Shown: piece after piece, positions 37,640-52,772 of the stretch
Numbering within the stretch: the first letter of the stretch is position 1
Layout: each line of letters starts with the position of its first letter
NCBI GenBank assembly: GCA_964016885.1
Contig: OZ024757.1
Coordinates: forward strand, 12,338,001 to 12,402,000
Reading direction: 5' to 3'
DNA: 64,000 nucleotides
Source of the DNA: Eledone cirrhosa
Taxonomy: Eukaryota
Program-made: the position numbers and the translations under genes
The notes under the pieces: model-generated
Told to the model about the DNA's origin: nothing
What the model saw: only the letters and a program-made list of their open reading frames with translations
Database searches by the model: none

Positions 37640-40620
37640 AACCTGGAGGAGAAGGATATGGAAGTTGAAGGACCCCTCAGCCAGTTCCAAATTTAGAGAT
37701 ATTTTGTTTGATCTTTACAACAGTAAAGAAGAACAAATAGAAACATACAATATAGGGGAACAGTGGGAGTTCCTCAAAGAAACTTTGCTGAAGGTGTCAA
37801 ACTAGATCTGTGGCTGGAGCAGGGCTTCAGAGAGAAGGAGAGTAACTTGGTGGTGAAACACTAGGGTAGATGAGACAGTTAAGGCCAAGAGACAGGCATG
37901 GAATAATGGCAGAATGGGGGAAGCTGGAGGGTACACTACCAGGAAACTAGGAAAGAAGTATTCTTTGCAAGGAGGGAAGCAGAGAATATATAATTTCAGC
38001 TGGTTTTATGATGTGAGGATTAAATACATGAGATGTTCAGGATTGTGAGGCACTGTGTGAGGGAAAATTGTGATGTTGGGGTAAAGTGTGTCCAGGATGA
38101 TAATGGGGCACTTGACCTCACTGATGCTGAATAGGGTCAGCTGAAAAGTTCATAGGCAGACTCTCATGGAATGACCAAATGAGGTTTATTTTTAAACATA
38201 GTCTCTGGAAGGAAACAATGCAGTTATAAATAAGAAGAGTTGAAATTAATGCAGGCAAGATTTCACGGCTCTGGCATCATGCTATCATTGATAGTCTATG
38301 AACTTTTCAGCCAAGCTTTGTAACATGGAACTGCCTTTATGAAAGATTACTGAATGAGGAGAATGCATGGGAGGAAGATAGTCTATGGAAAGTGGGCCCA
38401 ACAGAGGGTCCAGCCATACAAGTAAGCTGTAGCGTAGTAAGGTAATTAAGGATATGAAGACAGGGAAAGTATCTTGTCCATTGGTGATAGTTGCTGAGAT
38501 ACTGAAAGTATCTGGGGTGGTGGGTCACATCTTAACCACTGGTATCGTACAGCAAGTAATACAAAATGGTGTCATACCAAATAAATGGTGTAGTATCATC
38601 ATCGTCAACTGCTACAAGGGCAAATGAGATGTACTAGAGCTAGAAAACTATAGAGAGACATTAGATGGACCACTTCATGAAGGTGTTAGAGTTATAACAC
38701 ATCTGATTAGGGACCAGGTTAACCTAGATGAGATGAAGTTTCGATTTGTGCCAGTAAAAGTACCACTGATGTCCTCTTCCTTGTGTGGCAACCGCAAGAG
38801 TAGTACCTAGCTAAAATAAGCCCCTCTACTTGGCATTTGTTGACCCAGAAAGAGCTTCTGTGAGACTTGCCCGTTCCATAATCTGGTGTGTAACTTAGAA
38901 AACTAGGGGTATATGAGTGGCTTGTGAGAGCAGTAAAAGCCATGTATGGAGGAGCAGTCAGTAAGGTTAAAAGTAATGATGGCTATAGTGAGGAATTGAG
39001 TGAGCAAGTCTATCAGGGCTCTGTTATTAACCCTCTTCTATTTATTTTCATCCTGCAGGCTATTACATAAGAGTTTAAGACTGGCTGTCCATGGGAACTC
39101 CTGTATACACATGACTGAACCCTTGTAACTTAATCTATGGTAAAATTAGAGGAGAAATTCCAAACCCAGAAGCCTGACCTAGAAGGAAAATGTCTTATAG
39201 TTAACTTGGCGAAATAGGAAGGAAAACAGGGTCTATATCACCTCAAGAAAATGCCCTTGCTCAGTCTAAAGGAAAAGAGTAGGTAGAAATTCCAAACTAT
39301 GGATAAACAAGAGATGTAGTGGGATCTCAGTAAGATTAGTAAAAGAATGTAAGTCTTTAATGTGCTTGATGCACAAGAGCAATAAGTAGCAAGTGCTCAG
39401 AAAAAAATAAGCTACTTTAACCCTTTATCATTTACATTACTCTATATATACTATTGTATTTTTGTGGTAAAGGCTTTATCTTACATAATTATCTCACTTT
39501 ATATCGAATCTACGAGATTTAGATATTATTTATTTTGAGAACAATACCTTAATGTAGGTATGATTGGCCAATTAGGGCCGGTTTGAACAGAAAGATGTAA
39601 GAGTATTCTGGCTAGGTTTGGTTGCTTTTAATGCTAAAGGGTTAAATGTCCAGAAGGCTCTGTAGAAACCGCTTCATAATTTCTGTTAACTAGATGACCA
39701 AATTAACAGTGGAGGTGGGTGTTCTGAAGGTACAGTAGCCTGAGTGAGAATGGGATGGAAAAAGTTTAGGGAGCTACTACTACTGCTGCCTACAAAATGA
39801 TTTTCCCTGAAAGTGAAAGGCATAATGTATGAAGTCTGTGTACGAACAGCAATGTTACATTGAAGTGAGACCAGGGCAATATATTCAGAGGACCTATAAA
39901 GACTGGAAAGAAATGAAGTTTACATGATCTGATAGATGTGTAATAGTGTGCATGAACAACAAGCATTAATAAACTGAGAGAGTAATTAGGCATAAGAGAG
40001 GTCAGATACAGTGTAGAGGAGAGGAGATTGTGGTGGTTTGGACATGTGATGTATATGGAAGATGACAGCTGTATAAAAAGGTACAGGCTTGTCAAAGTCG
40101 ATGTTAACTATGAAAGGGGAAGACCTAGGAAAGCTTGGGATGAAATAAAAAAAGCTCACCTTGCCCAATTAAACCTCTCAATGGAAATGTCACAGGATCG
40201 AGACCTCTGGCGTCATGCTGTTCTGTAAAAGAGCCCCCCCCCTCCCTTCCCATGTGCTGAAAATGAAATAATACAAACATGTAGAGAACTCACTAGTCTT
40301 CACCAATCTTCTCTTCACCCCTCCCCATTCATAAGACCCTGCCCTCACCTGCTAAATATCCCACACACCTCGTTGATGCTACAACAATAAAAACACCCAG
40401 TTCATCCTGTAAGGTGGTCATACAAAAGTGTGCAGTCCACATTGTAACGTGTTTCGTGTTAAGAAGGACATCCAGCCTTAGAAACCAAACCAAAATACAC
40501 ATCCATATGAGACCTGGTCTCCACACCTGACATGTCTCATAACGTGACAACCTGTTTAACCCATGCAGGTGTGATAAAAATGAACGTTAAATGATAATGT
40601 TGAAGATGATGATGATGATA
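37640..40620 (+). mobile_element. Degenerate RTE LINE (right-arm copy) containing TTAA MITE 39421-39641
   Basis: Collinear with the RTE at 61170-63750. Confidence 0.9.
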
Positions 40621-40747
40621 TATATAAACAAACGTGGCGTAGTAAAGTACCAAGGGAGACAACTCCACCTTTGATTAATTTAAATCCAATGTTAGTATGA
40701 TTGAGCAGACTTATAATTAAAGTTGTTCCAGCCGTGACTATCATGTT

Positions 40748-40818
<71 letters not shown>

Positions 40819-41593
40819 GTGTGTGTGACTAAACTGCAGAATATGGTCTTTGTTGTTGTAAGACAGAAGGGAGTGATATTTGGCTACTATTTCTACCAGG
40901 TGAAGTAACCAGGTAAGAGACTCTCTCGTTGATACGTAATAAATATTTCACTGAGTGATGCTGCTTGTTTTACCAGGGGTTGGATACAATTGATGGAGTG
41001 AATTGATATAACTGAAGGTCTTTCTGAAGGTATTAAATTATGTCAGGGACTTTTAACGTATGACACCGGTTTTATTTATGATCAGGGAAACATTGTCAAT
41101 GACACCACGTACCTGCTATGTTAATTATAACTTTAATTAATCTAATTTTATCTTGTATAGCAATTATCTCATGTTAAGGTGAAAGTTAATATTCTGTAGA
41201 TAACATAGAGTGAGCTACATGTTCCAGGGTAGGTGTTCCATCTCCTACATGATTAAGTATTAAATTTCATGAGAAACTACGCTACATTTTACAGGACAGT
41301 GAGAAATAAGTTTAAATCACCAACATCTGAACAATTAGCTTTCCTGGTCTTTCTTGACTTTACACTTGTACTTGAAATATAAAGTACGTATTATTTGTAT
41401 TGTTAACACAGCAGATATTGTGTACTTTTCTACATTCCGAGGTCAACAATCCTGGTTTGTTAGGACTGCTCTCATATACATCGATACGCACCGGATTATA
41501 TATTATAAGTAGATAGGGGGCCATTTTTTACCCCAAATTACTCGTACATTGTCATATCTCTTCTCGAGTTTTGAGAATTCTTGAAGAATTACA

Positions 41594-42484
41594 ATGGAAG
41601 ACGTTAAACCCTTGGACATTTCTACCACACCTGTTTCTACCAATATAGATACAGTTACAGAGACATACAGTGATAAGAAACCTTTACCTAGTGAAACGTA
41701 CTGAACAAGGATCATTATACAGAAATATTCCTGAATATAGCTGTGAGATTTGTAGGAAAACTTTCTCACCAGAACATGAATTATCGACACACAAATACAT
41801 ACATATTAAAGACAAACCATATCATTGTGAAATATGTGGGAAATCTTTCAGTCTGAATTCCAATTTTGTTAGGCATATACGTAGTCACAGTGGGGAAAAA
41901 CCATTTCACTGTGAAATACGTGGGAAATCTTTTGCTGAGAAAGCTAAACTTGTTACACGTATACATATTCACACCGGAGAGAAACCTTTTCCCTGTGAAA
42001 TATGTGGGAAATATTTTCCTGATATTGCTGTTCTTATTGTTCACAGAAGAACACACACCGGAGAGAAACCCTATCAATGTGAAATATGTGGGAAATATTT
42101 TGCTCATAATGCTGTTCTTATAGTTCACAGAAGAAGTTACACTGGAGAGAAATACTTCCATTGTGAAATATGTGGGAAGCGTTTGTAAAAAGCAGTGATT
42201 TAACTATACATAAAAGAACACATACTGGAGAGAAACCCTATCACTGTGAAATATGTGAGAAATCTTTTACAAATTCTCCTGATATCATTGTCCACATACG
42301 TACTCACACAGGAGAAAAGCCTTTCCACTGTAAAATATGTGGAAAATCTTTTATTAGTAACAGTAATTATAATAAATACAAAAGAACACATATAGGAGAG
42401 AGACCCTATCACTGTGAAATATGTGGGAAATCTTTTGGCAGGAGTAATGTCTTAACTAATCACAAAAGAACATATACTGGATAG
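41594..42484 (+). pseudogene. C2H2 zinc-finger gene, frameshifted paralog of 28957-29850
   Basis: ATGGAAGACGTTAAACCC start; 2-bp loss at ~41697 and 1-bp loss at ~42178; same TAG end. Confidence 0.85.
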
Positions 42485-44099
42485 AAACGCTATCACTGTG
42501 AAATATGTGGGAGATCTTTCATTAGTAACAGTGAATATAATAAACACAAAATAACAAACACTGGTGAAAAACGTTTTACACAATGAAATATGTGGGAAAT
42601 GTTTTTTCTCTAACAGTTATTTAGACACAAACATAGAGAGGAAGGAAAGTTTTTAACTGTGAAACATGAGACATCCTTCCTCTTACAACTCTGAACTTAT
42701 TTTCCATCAATATCAAATGTGAATACTTGGCAGTTTGATAGACTGGCCATTTTTACAAATATATTTTCATTTGAAATTAAAATCTTTCTCTGATCTATTC
42801 TTGACTTTTTGAATTAATTTTAAATCTATGCCAGAAGTTTCAGTATTGGTTTATCAACACCAACATTCTCTCCTTTAGTGTGTGTAATTAAGGGACCCTC
42901 TATCACCTGAGGTAATGTCTTCTCTGCTATGATAAATTTTAGAAGCCTACACCAACATTCCCTCCTATAGTGTGTGTAATTAAGGGACCCTCTATCACAT
43001 GAGGTAATGTCTTGTCTGCTATGATAAATGTTAGAGCCCTACACCAACATTCCCTGTTGTAGTGTGTAATTGGAGGGCCCTCTATCACCTGAGGTATTGC
43101 TGTGAGTGTCCAGTCTCAGAAATTTTAGAGGGTAACACCAACATTCTCTGTTACAGTAATTGAAGGAGTAGTTTTACCTGTTTTTCTTTTTCTTTCAAAC
43201 TCACTTTTTTTTTATTGATTTTTTTATTTTGTAAACAATTTATTAATTTTTCATAATTAATTTTATGAAGTGTATTTATGTCTTAAATTTCATTCTATTT
43301 GTTATTAATAAAATAATTATATTTAAGGAATTTATCAAGTCTGTAACTTCAACTTTTTATTATTTTGCCATCTAAATCTCTGTTATTAACACCATATGTA
43401 ATGATATCATCTTGTAAGTAGTTTTAATACATCTAACACCCATCTAAATCTCTGTTATTAACACCATATGTAATGATATCATCTTGTTAGTAGTTTTAAT
43501 ACATCTAACACCCGTCTAAATCTCTGTTATTAACACCATATATAATGATATCATCTTGTAAGTAGCATTAATACAACTAACACCCATCTAAATCTCTGTT
43601 ATTAACACCATATGTAATGATATCATCTTGTAAGTAGTTTTAATACATTTAACACCCATCTAAATCTCTGTTATTAACACCATATATAATGATATCATCT
43701 TGTAAGTAGTTCTAATACATCTAACACCCATCTAAATCTCTGTTATTAACACCATATGTAATGATATCATCTTGTAAGTAGTTTTAATACATCTAACACC
43801 CATCTAAATCTCTGTTATTAACACCATATGTAATGATATCATCTTGTAAGTAGATTAATACATCTAACACAAACACTTCAATATTGTTTAAAATGATTGA
43901 AATTCTATAACTCTTCGTATATTTTACAACTGAAATTTAGAAATTTGACAATATCCTGGTTACAGGGCCACTAACTTTGGTGGTATCATTGTTTCCCTAA
44001 AGTAACAAGAAATATTAAAACTTAGTCACAAAAGATCACAAACTGTTGAAGTATTAGTTGTTTGTTGTTGAACTTGTTGTAATGGAGATTTCTGGCATT

Positions 44100-44460
44100 G
44101 TTGGTCCCTATACCACCTCGCTAATAACTGTTAACAGGCTGGAGTTAGCCACCTACATGAGTGTCTTGTTAAACTATAGTGGTGGAGACAATTGTCAGAC
44201 TTGGTCCCTATACCACCTCCCTACTAACTGTTATCAGGGTGGAGTTAGCCACACACAGGAGTGTCTTGTTAAACTATAGTGGTGGAGACAATTGTCAGAC
44301 TTGGTCCCTATACCACCTCCCTACTAACTGCTCTCAGGGTGGAGTTAGCCATCCACAGGAGTGTCTTGTTAAACTATAGTGGTGGAGACAATTGTCAGAC
44401 TTGGTCCCTATACCACCTCCCTACTAACTGTTATCAGGGTGGAGTTGGCAACACACAGGA
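44100..44460. repeat. 100-bp tandem repeat (~3.6 copies)
   Basis: TTGGTCCCTATACCACCTC at 44101, 44201, 44301, 44401. Confidence 0.95.
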
Positions 44461-45146
44461 GAAAGCCCCACAGGTTTTAAAAGCTATTTCAACACATCTC
44501 ACTTTCTGTCCTCCAGGGTAACCCCCATTTCACCATTCTGTCCTCTCCTGGGACCACAAGGTAGCTGATACATAGTGTTCTCCATGCCAGAAAGAATTCT
44601 CCCAAACTGTCCAGGTTTGTATCATTGGGGGTAGTGATGGTATAGTTTACTGATTGTTGTTAGTCACAATCAATTATAAGAAATGTTTCAAGAAATATGA
44701 AGCAACAAATATTATTTGCTAAAACTAGTTAAATCTCTATTGATTTGTAAATTAGGCTCAAGAGCAGCAGATTTAGGCGAAGGGCAAAGTTGATTAAACC
44801 AACCCCAATACATGACTGGTAAAATATTTTATCAACTCTAGAATGTTGAAATAATTATTTGACCTTGGCAGGATTTGAACTGGGAATGTTAAGAACCAGA
44901 ACAAATACTGCAATAATATTTTATCTGACGCTCTACCAATTCTGCCATTCTACCATCTTTGTTTAAATCTATATTAAAGTAAATGTAGAATATGTCCATC
45001 TACCATTTGAAATTCTACTGAGATAGGACCAGAACAACACAGTAGTGTTTCAATAGAACAGAAACACACAAACTTTTTCTTACCCAAATTTCAGTCTTAC
45101 ACTGTAATATCAATTCTCAACTTTTAAATGTACTTCAAGAATTACT

Positions 45147-46050
45147 ATGGAGGACATTAAACAGTTGGTCATTTCTAACGCCACTCTCTCTACCAATATA
45201 GATACAGTCACACAGACATACAGTGGTGAAATATGTGGGAAATCTTTTGCTTCTAACAGTAATTTAACTGTACACAAAAGAACACACCCTGGTGAGAAAC
45301 CCTTCCGCTGTGAAATATGTGGGAAATCTTTCTCTGGAAATTTTAGTGTTGCTTTTCACAAACGAACACACACTGGAGAAAAACCTTTCAGTGTGAAATA
45401 TGTGGGAAATCTTTTGCTTGGAATGCAAATCTTGTTAGCCATATACGTAGCCACACTGGAGAGAAATCTTTCCATTGTGACATATGTGGGAAATCTTTCA
45501 GTGAGAGAAGTAAGCTTGTTGGGCATGTACGTAGTCACCCCGGAGAAAAACCTTTCCACTGCAAAATATATGGGAAATCTTTTGACAATAGCAGTAATAT
45601 AGTAATATGATTAAACACAAAAGAAGACATACTGGAGAAAAACCCTATCATTGTGAAATATGTAGAAAATATTTCACTGAGAATGTTAGTCTTGTAGTTC
45701 ACAAAAGAAGACACAGTGGAGAAAAACCTTTCCACTGTTATATATGTGGAAACTCCTTTGCCACTAGCAGTAAATTGACTGTCCATAAAAGAACACACAC
45801 TGGAGAGAAACCTTTCCACTGTGATATATGTGGGAAATCTTTTGCCACTAGCAGTCGTTTAACTGTCCACAAAAGAAGACACAGTGGAGAGAAACCTTTA
45901 CATTATGAAATATGTGGAAACTCCTTTGCCACTAGCAGTAAATTGATTGTCCACAAAAGAATACATGCTGGACAAAAAGCCTTCAACTCTAAAATAACTC
46001 TGACCTGGTTGACCATGTATGCAGTGACACTGGTAAAAACCCTTTTGTAA
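45147..46050 (+). pseudogene. C2H2 zinc-finger gene with frameshifts
   Basis: MEDIKQL start; fingers split between ORFs 45147-45602 and 45607-46050. Confidence 0.85.
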
Positions 46051-46869
46051 CTGATATAGTCACACACAAATATTTATGCAAGTAACAGAATGTGTGACTG
46101 TAAGTAAGACAGACTCCTGTCCCCAGCTTGTCTGGGAAGATGGAAGACCCACTTTAGTATTGTCTTGGACTATGTTCAACCCTTGTTAGCAGGGAAAGTG
46201 GGCTTTAAACAATGAAGATTATATTAACAAACACACACTTGAGGGAAACCTTTAAAGTATAAAATGTGAAACATCCTTTTACAAATCTAAAGATATTGTC
46301 CACCAACATTGTTAGTGAACCCTTAGTAGTTCTATAAAGTCCAAACATTGCTTGTCATTTTTGTAATGATATTTTTAGTTGGAATTATATTTTATTAATA
46401 TCTGATTCTTGTCTTCTTGAATTCATTCTTAATCATCATCATCATCATTTAACATCTATCTTCCACGCTAACATGGATTAGATGGGAATTGTCCCACTTG
46501 AGGCAAGATTGATCGGGTGACCATGTCTTGATCATATAGGACTGTATCTGGCAGGTTTTCTACGGCTGGATGCCCTTCTTAACACCGACCGCATTTACAG
46601 TGTGGACTGGGAGCCTTTTTACCATGTCTCCTACAGAACAACTTTACAGCATGGACTGGGTACTTTTTTGTTGTGACACCTACACAACCTCTTTAGTTTG
46701 GACTGGATGTTCTGTGGTAGCAACATAACTTTACAGAGAAAGGGTGGTGTTTGTGGGAGTGGGAGGATGGAGTCGGGTTGTATATTTGGTTTTTACTGCT
46801 AGTAAAAACCTACTGCTATGATGCTGGTTAAAATATTTGTTAATCATGTATGAGTGGATAGCTTGGAGA

Positions 46870-47475
46870 TCAGATAGTCACTCCAGGTAGAGCTGCTACT
46901 TCTCTGGATTGAGAGATCACAACTCTGATTCTATGGACATGTGGTTCGAATATCTCAGGAAAGAATCACTGGAGAGTCACTCCAGGTAGAGCTGTTACTC
47001 TTCTGAATTGAGAGATCACAGCTCTGATTCTTTGGACATGTGTTTAGAATATCTCAGGAAAGAATTGCTGGAGAGTCACTCCAGGTAGAGCTGCTACTTC
47101 TCTGAATTGAGAGATAACAGCTCTGATACTATGGACATGTGGTTAGAATGTCTCAGGAAAGAATTGCTGGAGAGTCACTCCAGGTAGAGCTGCTACTTCT
47201 CTGAATTGAGAGATCACAGCTCTGATACTATGGACATGTGGTTAGAATGTCTCAAGAAAGAATTGCTGGACAGATTTTAAAGCCAAAACCAACTGACAAG
47301 AGACCCAGAGGTAGACTCCGAACAAGATGGTTGGATAACATCCTCCATGAACTTGGCTGGTCTCAGTTAGAGATCCAGCAGTTGGAGATGGTTGCTTCTG
47401 ACAGGACTCACTGGTAGGAGAGTTTGAGGACTCTGCCCCCATGACCCCCTCAGGAATAAGTGCGCGAAGAAGAAG
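46870..47475 (+). mobile_element. 3' end of a second RTE-like LINE family with a 99-bp tandem expansion
   Basis: GGAGAGTCACTCCAGGTAGAGCTG at 46971, 47070, 47169 (ESLQVELLL..IERSQL..YGHVVRMSQER); unexpanded relative at 49800-50570. Confidence 0.75.
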
Positions 47476-47479
47476 ATAC

Positions 47480-49590
<2,111 letters not shown>

Positions 49591-49799
49591 TTAAATTCTT
49601 GTTCATGTCTATTCCTTGTCTTCTTGAACTCATTTTTAATCTATGTAGGAACTTTCAGTGTTCTTTTTCTTTTGCCAACACCAACATTCCCTGTTGTAGT
49701 ATTTAATTGAGGGACCCTCTCTCACCTCAGGAAATCCTGTGAGTGTCTAGTCTCAGAAACTTTAGATGGTTGGAAGTGGTATGACGACTAGTTGGTGTA

Positions 49800-50575
49800 A
49801 AAGTAGTTGGCTAGAATTTGCAGATGACATGGTGTTATTTAACTCAACAGAAGATGATCCCAGATGTTAACTTGATAGGTTTGCTACCAAGCCCTGCATG
49901 ACAGGACTGAAAACTGGTGCTGTGAAGACTGAGATACTCCTCTTCTCAGAGGAGCCTGCACAGGGAACGCTACATGTGAGTGGAGTTCCACTGAGGCAGG
50001 GGGAGATGTTCAAGTATCTAGGGTCTGTGTTCATGAGTTGATGAAGGCAAGAGGCAGAATTAAATGCAAACATTACAGGAGCTAGTGCAGTAATGTGTCA
50101 GCTTCAACATTTGGTATCAGAAGAAGGGAGGTAGGTGTAAAAGTAAAACTCACTGTCTTCAATTTGGTATTTGTCCCAACCCTTACCCTTGGTAATGAAT
50201 CTTGGGTAATGATCAAAGTATTTGTGGTGTAATGTTACTTGACAGAGTACACAACTCGGAGATCAGATTTACACCAGGTGGAGCCACTACTTATCTGAAT
50301 TGAGATATCACAGGTCCACTGTTATGGACAAGTGGTTAGAATGTCTCAGGAAAGAATTAGTGGACAGATTTTATGGGCAAAACCAACCAACAGGAAACCT
50401 AGGTGTAGACTCCAAGCCAGGTGGCTGGATAACATCCATGACTTGGCTGGTCTCATTTGGGGCTCCAGCCAGATCATTTGGAGAGGGTTCCTTCTAAGAG
50501 GACCTGCTGGAAAGTAGATTGAGGACTCTGCTTGTATAACCCTTCCAGGAATAAATACGTGAAGAAGATGAATAT
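49800..50575 (+). mobile_element. Degenerate RTE-like LINE (second family)
   Basis: LEFADDMVLF, FKYLGSVF, ESWVM, YGQVVRMSQER motifs; (GAA)n-like end. Confidence 0.75.
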
Positions 50576-50692
50576 CACCAACATTCTCTGCTGAGCAGTT
50601 TATGGAAAGCAAGATGGCAAAATTGCTGTCCCTTCTGCCATTAAATTGATATGAATTCTCCATTACACATATATATATATATGTATATGTGT

Positions 50693-51520
50693 ATCATCAT
50701 CATCATTTTACGTCTGCTTTTCGTTGCTTGCAAGGATGGGATGGGTCATTTTCAGCACAGCATCTCTCCCCTTGTCATGGTCCCTTGTCATCTCCTCTGT
50801 GATCTTCAGAAATCTGAGGTCAGCTCTCACCACCCCCACCCATGAATTTCGTGGTCTTCCTCTACTGTGTCTTCCTTCTACTGGGATATCTTGGCACTTC
50901 ATTACTCAGCAGTCATCCTCCATGCACATCACATGTCCATACCATCTCAGTCTTCTCTCCTGCACACCACAACTTATCCCTCTTATACCCAGTTTCTCTC
51001 CCAACACATCCATGCTGGGTCGTTCACACACATTGACATTGCACATCCAACAGAGCATGCTTGCTTCATTTCTCTCCAGCCGTCGTATATCCTCTGCAGT
51101 TGCTGCCCATGTCTCACTACGATACAGCATTGCGCATCTCACACAGGCATCATATAACCAACCTTTTGTATGCAGGGCGAAACCCTTCTTTGTCAACAGA
51201 GGAAGCAGCTCCCTAAACTTCTTCCAACTTGTCCTTATTCTAGATACTATGGCTTCGGAACACCCTCCTCCCTTGCTAATCTGATCACCTAGGTACTGGA
51301 AGCTATCAACCACATCTATAGAACCTACCTGCACTTGAAAAATATGTCCATCACTGCGACTTCTACTGCCAACTTTCCCTGTACATCTACTGCATACGTA
51401 TTTCTCCCTACCTGTTAGTTTGCCTGCTATCCCACTACATCTCTTGTGTACCCAAGATCTGCATTGTGTACATTTTATAGAATTTATGCCAACTCCTTTT
51501 CTATATATCGAACATATTTT
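50693..51520 (-). mobile_element. 5'-truncated RTE LINE with PHD-like finger
   Basis: ORF 50906-51565: CTQCRSWVHKRC..CSRC..DSFQYLGD..RRLRWYGHVM. Confidence 0.92.
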
Positions 51521-51740
51521 ACTGGTTAGAGTGTTGGGCTTACAATCATAAGGTTGTGATAGCAAGGAAGAAGAAATAAAGACGATATAGAGGAGCAGTG
51601 GGGGTTTCTGAGAGATAACCTGCTGAAAAAACCTTAACTATAGAAGATTTATTCGTCTGTTTTATGAGATGAGGATTTTAATGTGAATAGAGCTTCTCTC
51701 ACCTTAACAAAAATAATAGTGGAATATTCCAGAATAATCA

Positions 51741-51778
<38 letters not shown>

Positions 51779-52010
51779 AACTTGCTTTTTCTTCATCAGT
51801 CAAGATCAGTCTCACACTATCATATGTCTTATTACTTGTACCAACTGAATGCTACATTACAACTTTGTAGAAGAAGAAAGCGGAGTTCTGCAGTCTTTTA
51901 TGGACCCTTTGTATATTAGACTACATAGCATCTATTAACCATATCTACATATCTTAATGTATCAGTAGAAGTGGTGAGACTCCTTTATATAAAGATCTCT
52001 AGCTAGAAAT

Positions 52011-52772
52011 ATGTCTGAATATAGCTGTGAGATTTGCAGGAAAACTTTCTCTTCAAAACTGAAACTATCCTCACACAAGAAAATAAACAGTGGAGAAAAA
52101 CCCTTCCACTGTGAAATGTATGGGAAATCTTTTACCTATAATTCTAATCTTGTCGTCCACATACGGAGTCGCACTGGTGAAAAACCCTTCCACTGTGAAA
52201 TATGTGGTAAATCCTTTTCTAGTAATTCTACACTTGAATTTCACAAAAGAATACACACTGATGAAAGCCCCTTCCATTGTGAAATATGTGGGAAATCTTT
52301 TTCTCAGGGTTCGCATCTTGTACATCACAAAAGAATACACACAGGAGAAAAATCTTATTCATGTGAAATATGTGGGAAATATTTCACTCAGATGGTGCAA
52401 CTTGAATATCACAAAAGAACCCATACTGGAGAAAAGCCCTTCCATTGTGAAATATGTGGGAAATCTTTTTCACATTGTGTTAACTTAGTAAAACACAAAA
52501 GAATACACACTGGAGAAAAACCTTATTCATGTGAAATATGTGGGAAATCTTTTTCTCGAGGTTCTAGTCTTGTAGATCACAAAAGAATACACACAGGAGA
52601 AAAACCCTTCCATTGTGAAATATGTGGGAAATCTGTTTCTAATAGTTCTCATCTTGTACAGCACAAAAGAATACACACAGGAGAAAAACCTTATTCATGT
52701 GAAATATGTGGGAAATCTTTCTCTCAGAATTCGTCACAGGTTGTTCACCTACGTAGTCAACACTTGCAATAA
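52011..52772 (+). CDS. C2H2 zinc-finger protein, 9 fingers (first two degenerate)
   Basis: Uninterrupted 253-aa ORF with HTGEKP linkers; an upstream exon cannot be excluded. Confidence 0.85.
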   Translation: MSEYSCEICRKTFSSKLKLSSHKKINSGEKPFHCEMYGKSFTYNSNLVVHIRSRTGEKPFHCEICGKSFSSNSTLEFHKRIHTDESPFHCEICGKSFSQGSHLVHHKRIHTGEKSYSCEICGKYFTQMVQLEYHKRTHTGEKPFHCEICGKSFSHCVNLVKHKRIHTGEKPYSCEICGKSFSRGSSLVDHKRIHTGEKPFHCEICGKSVSNSSHLVQHKRIHTGEKPYSCEICGKSFSQNSSQVVHLRSQHLQ

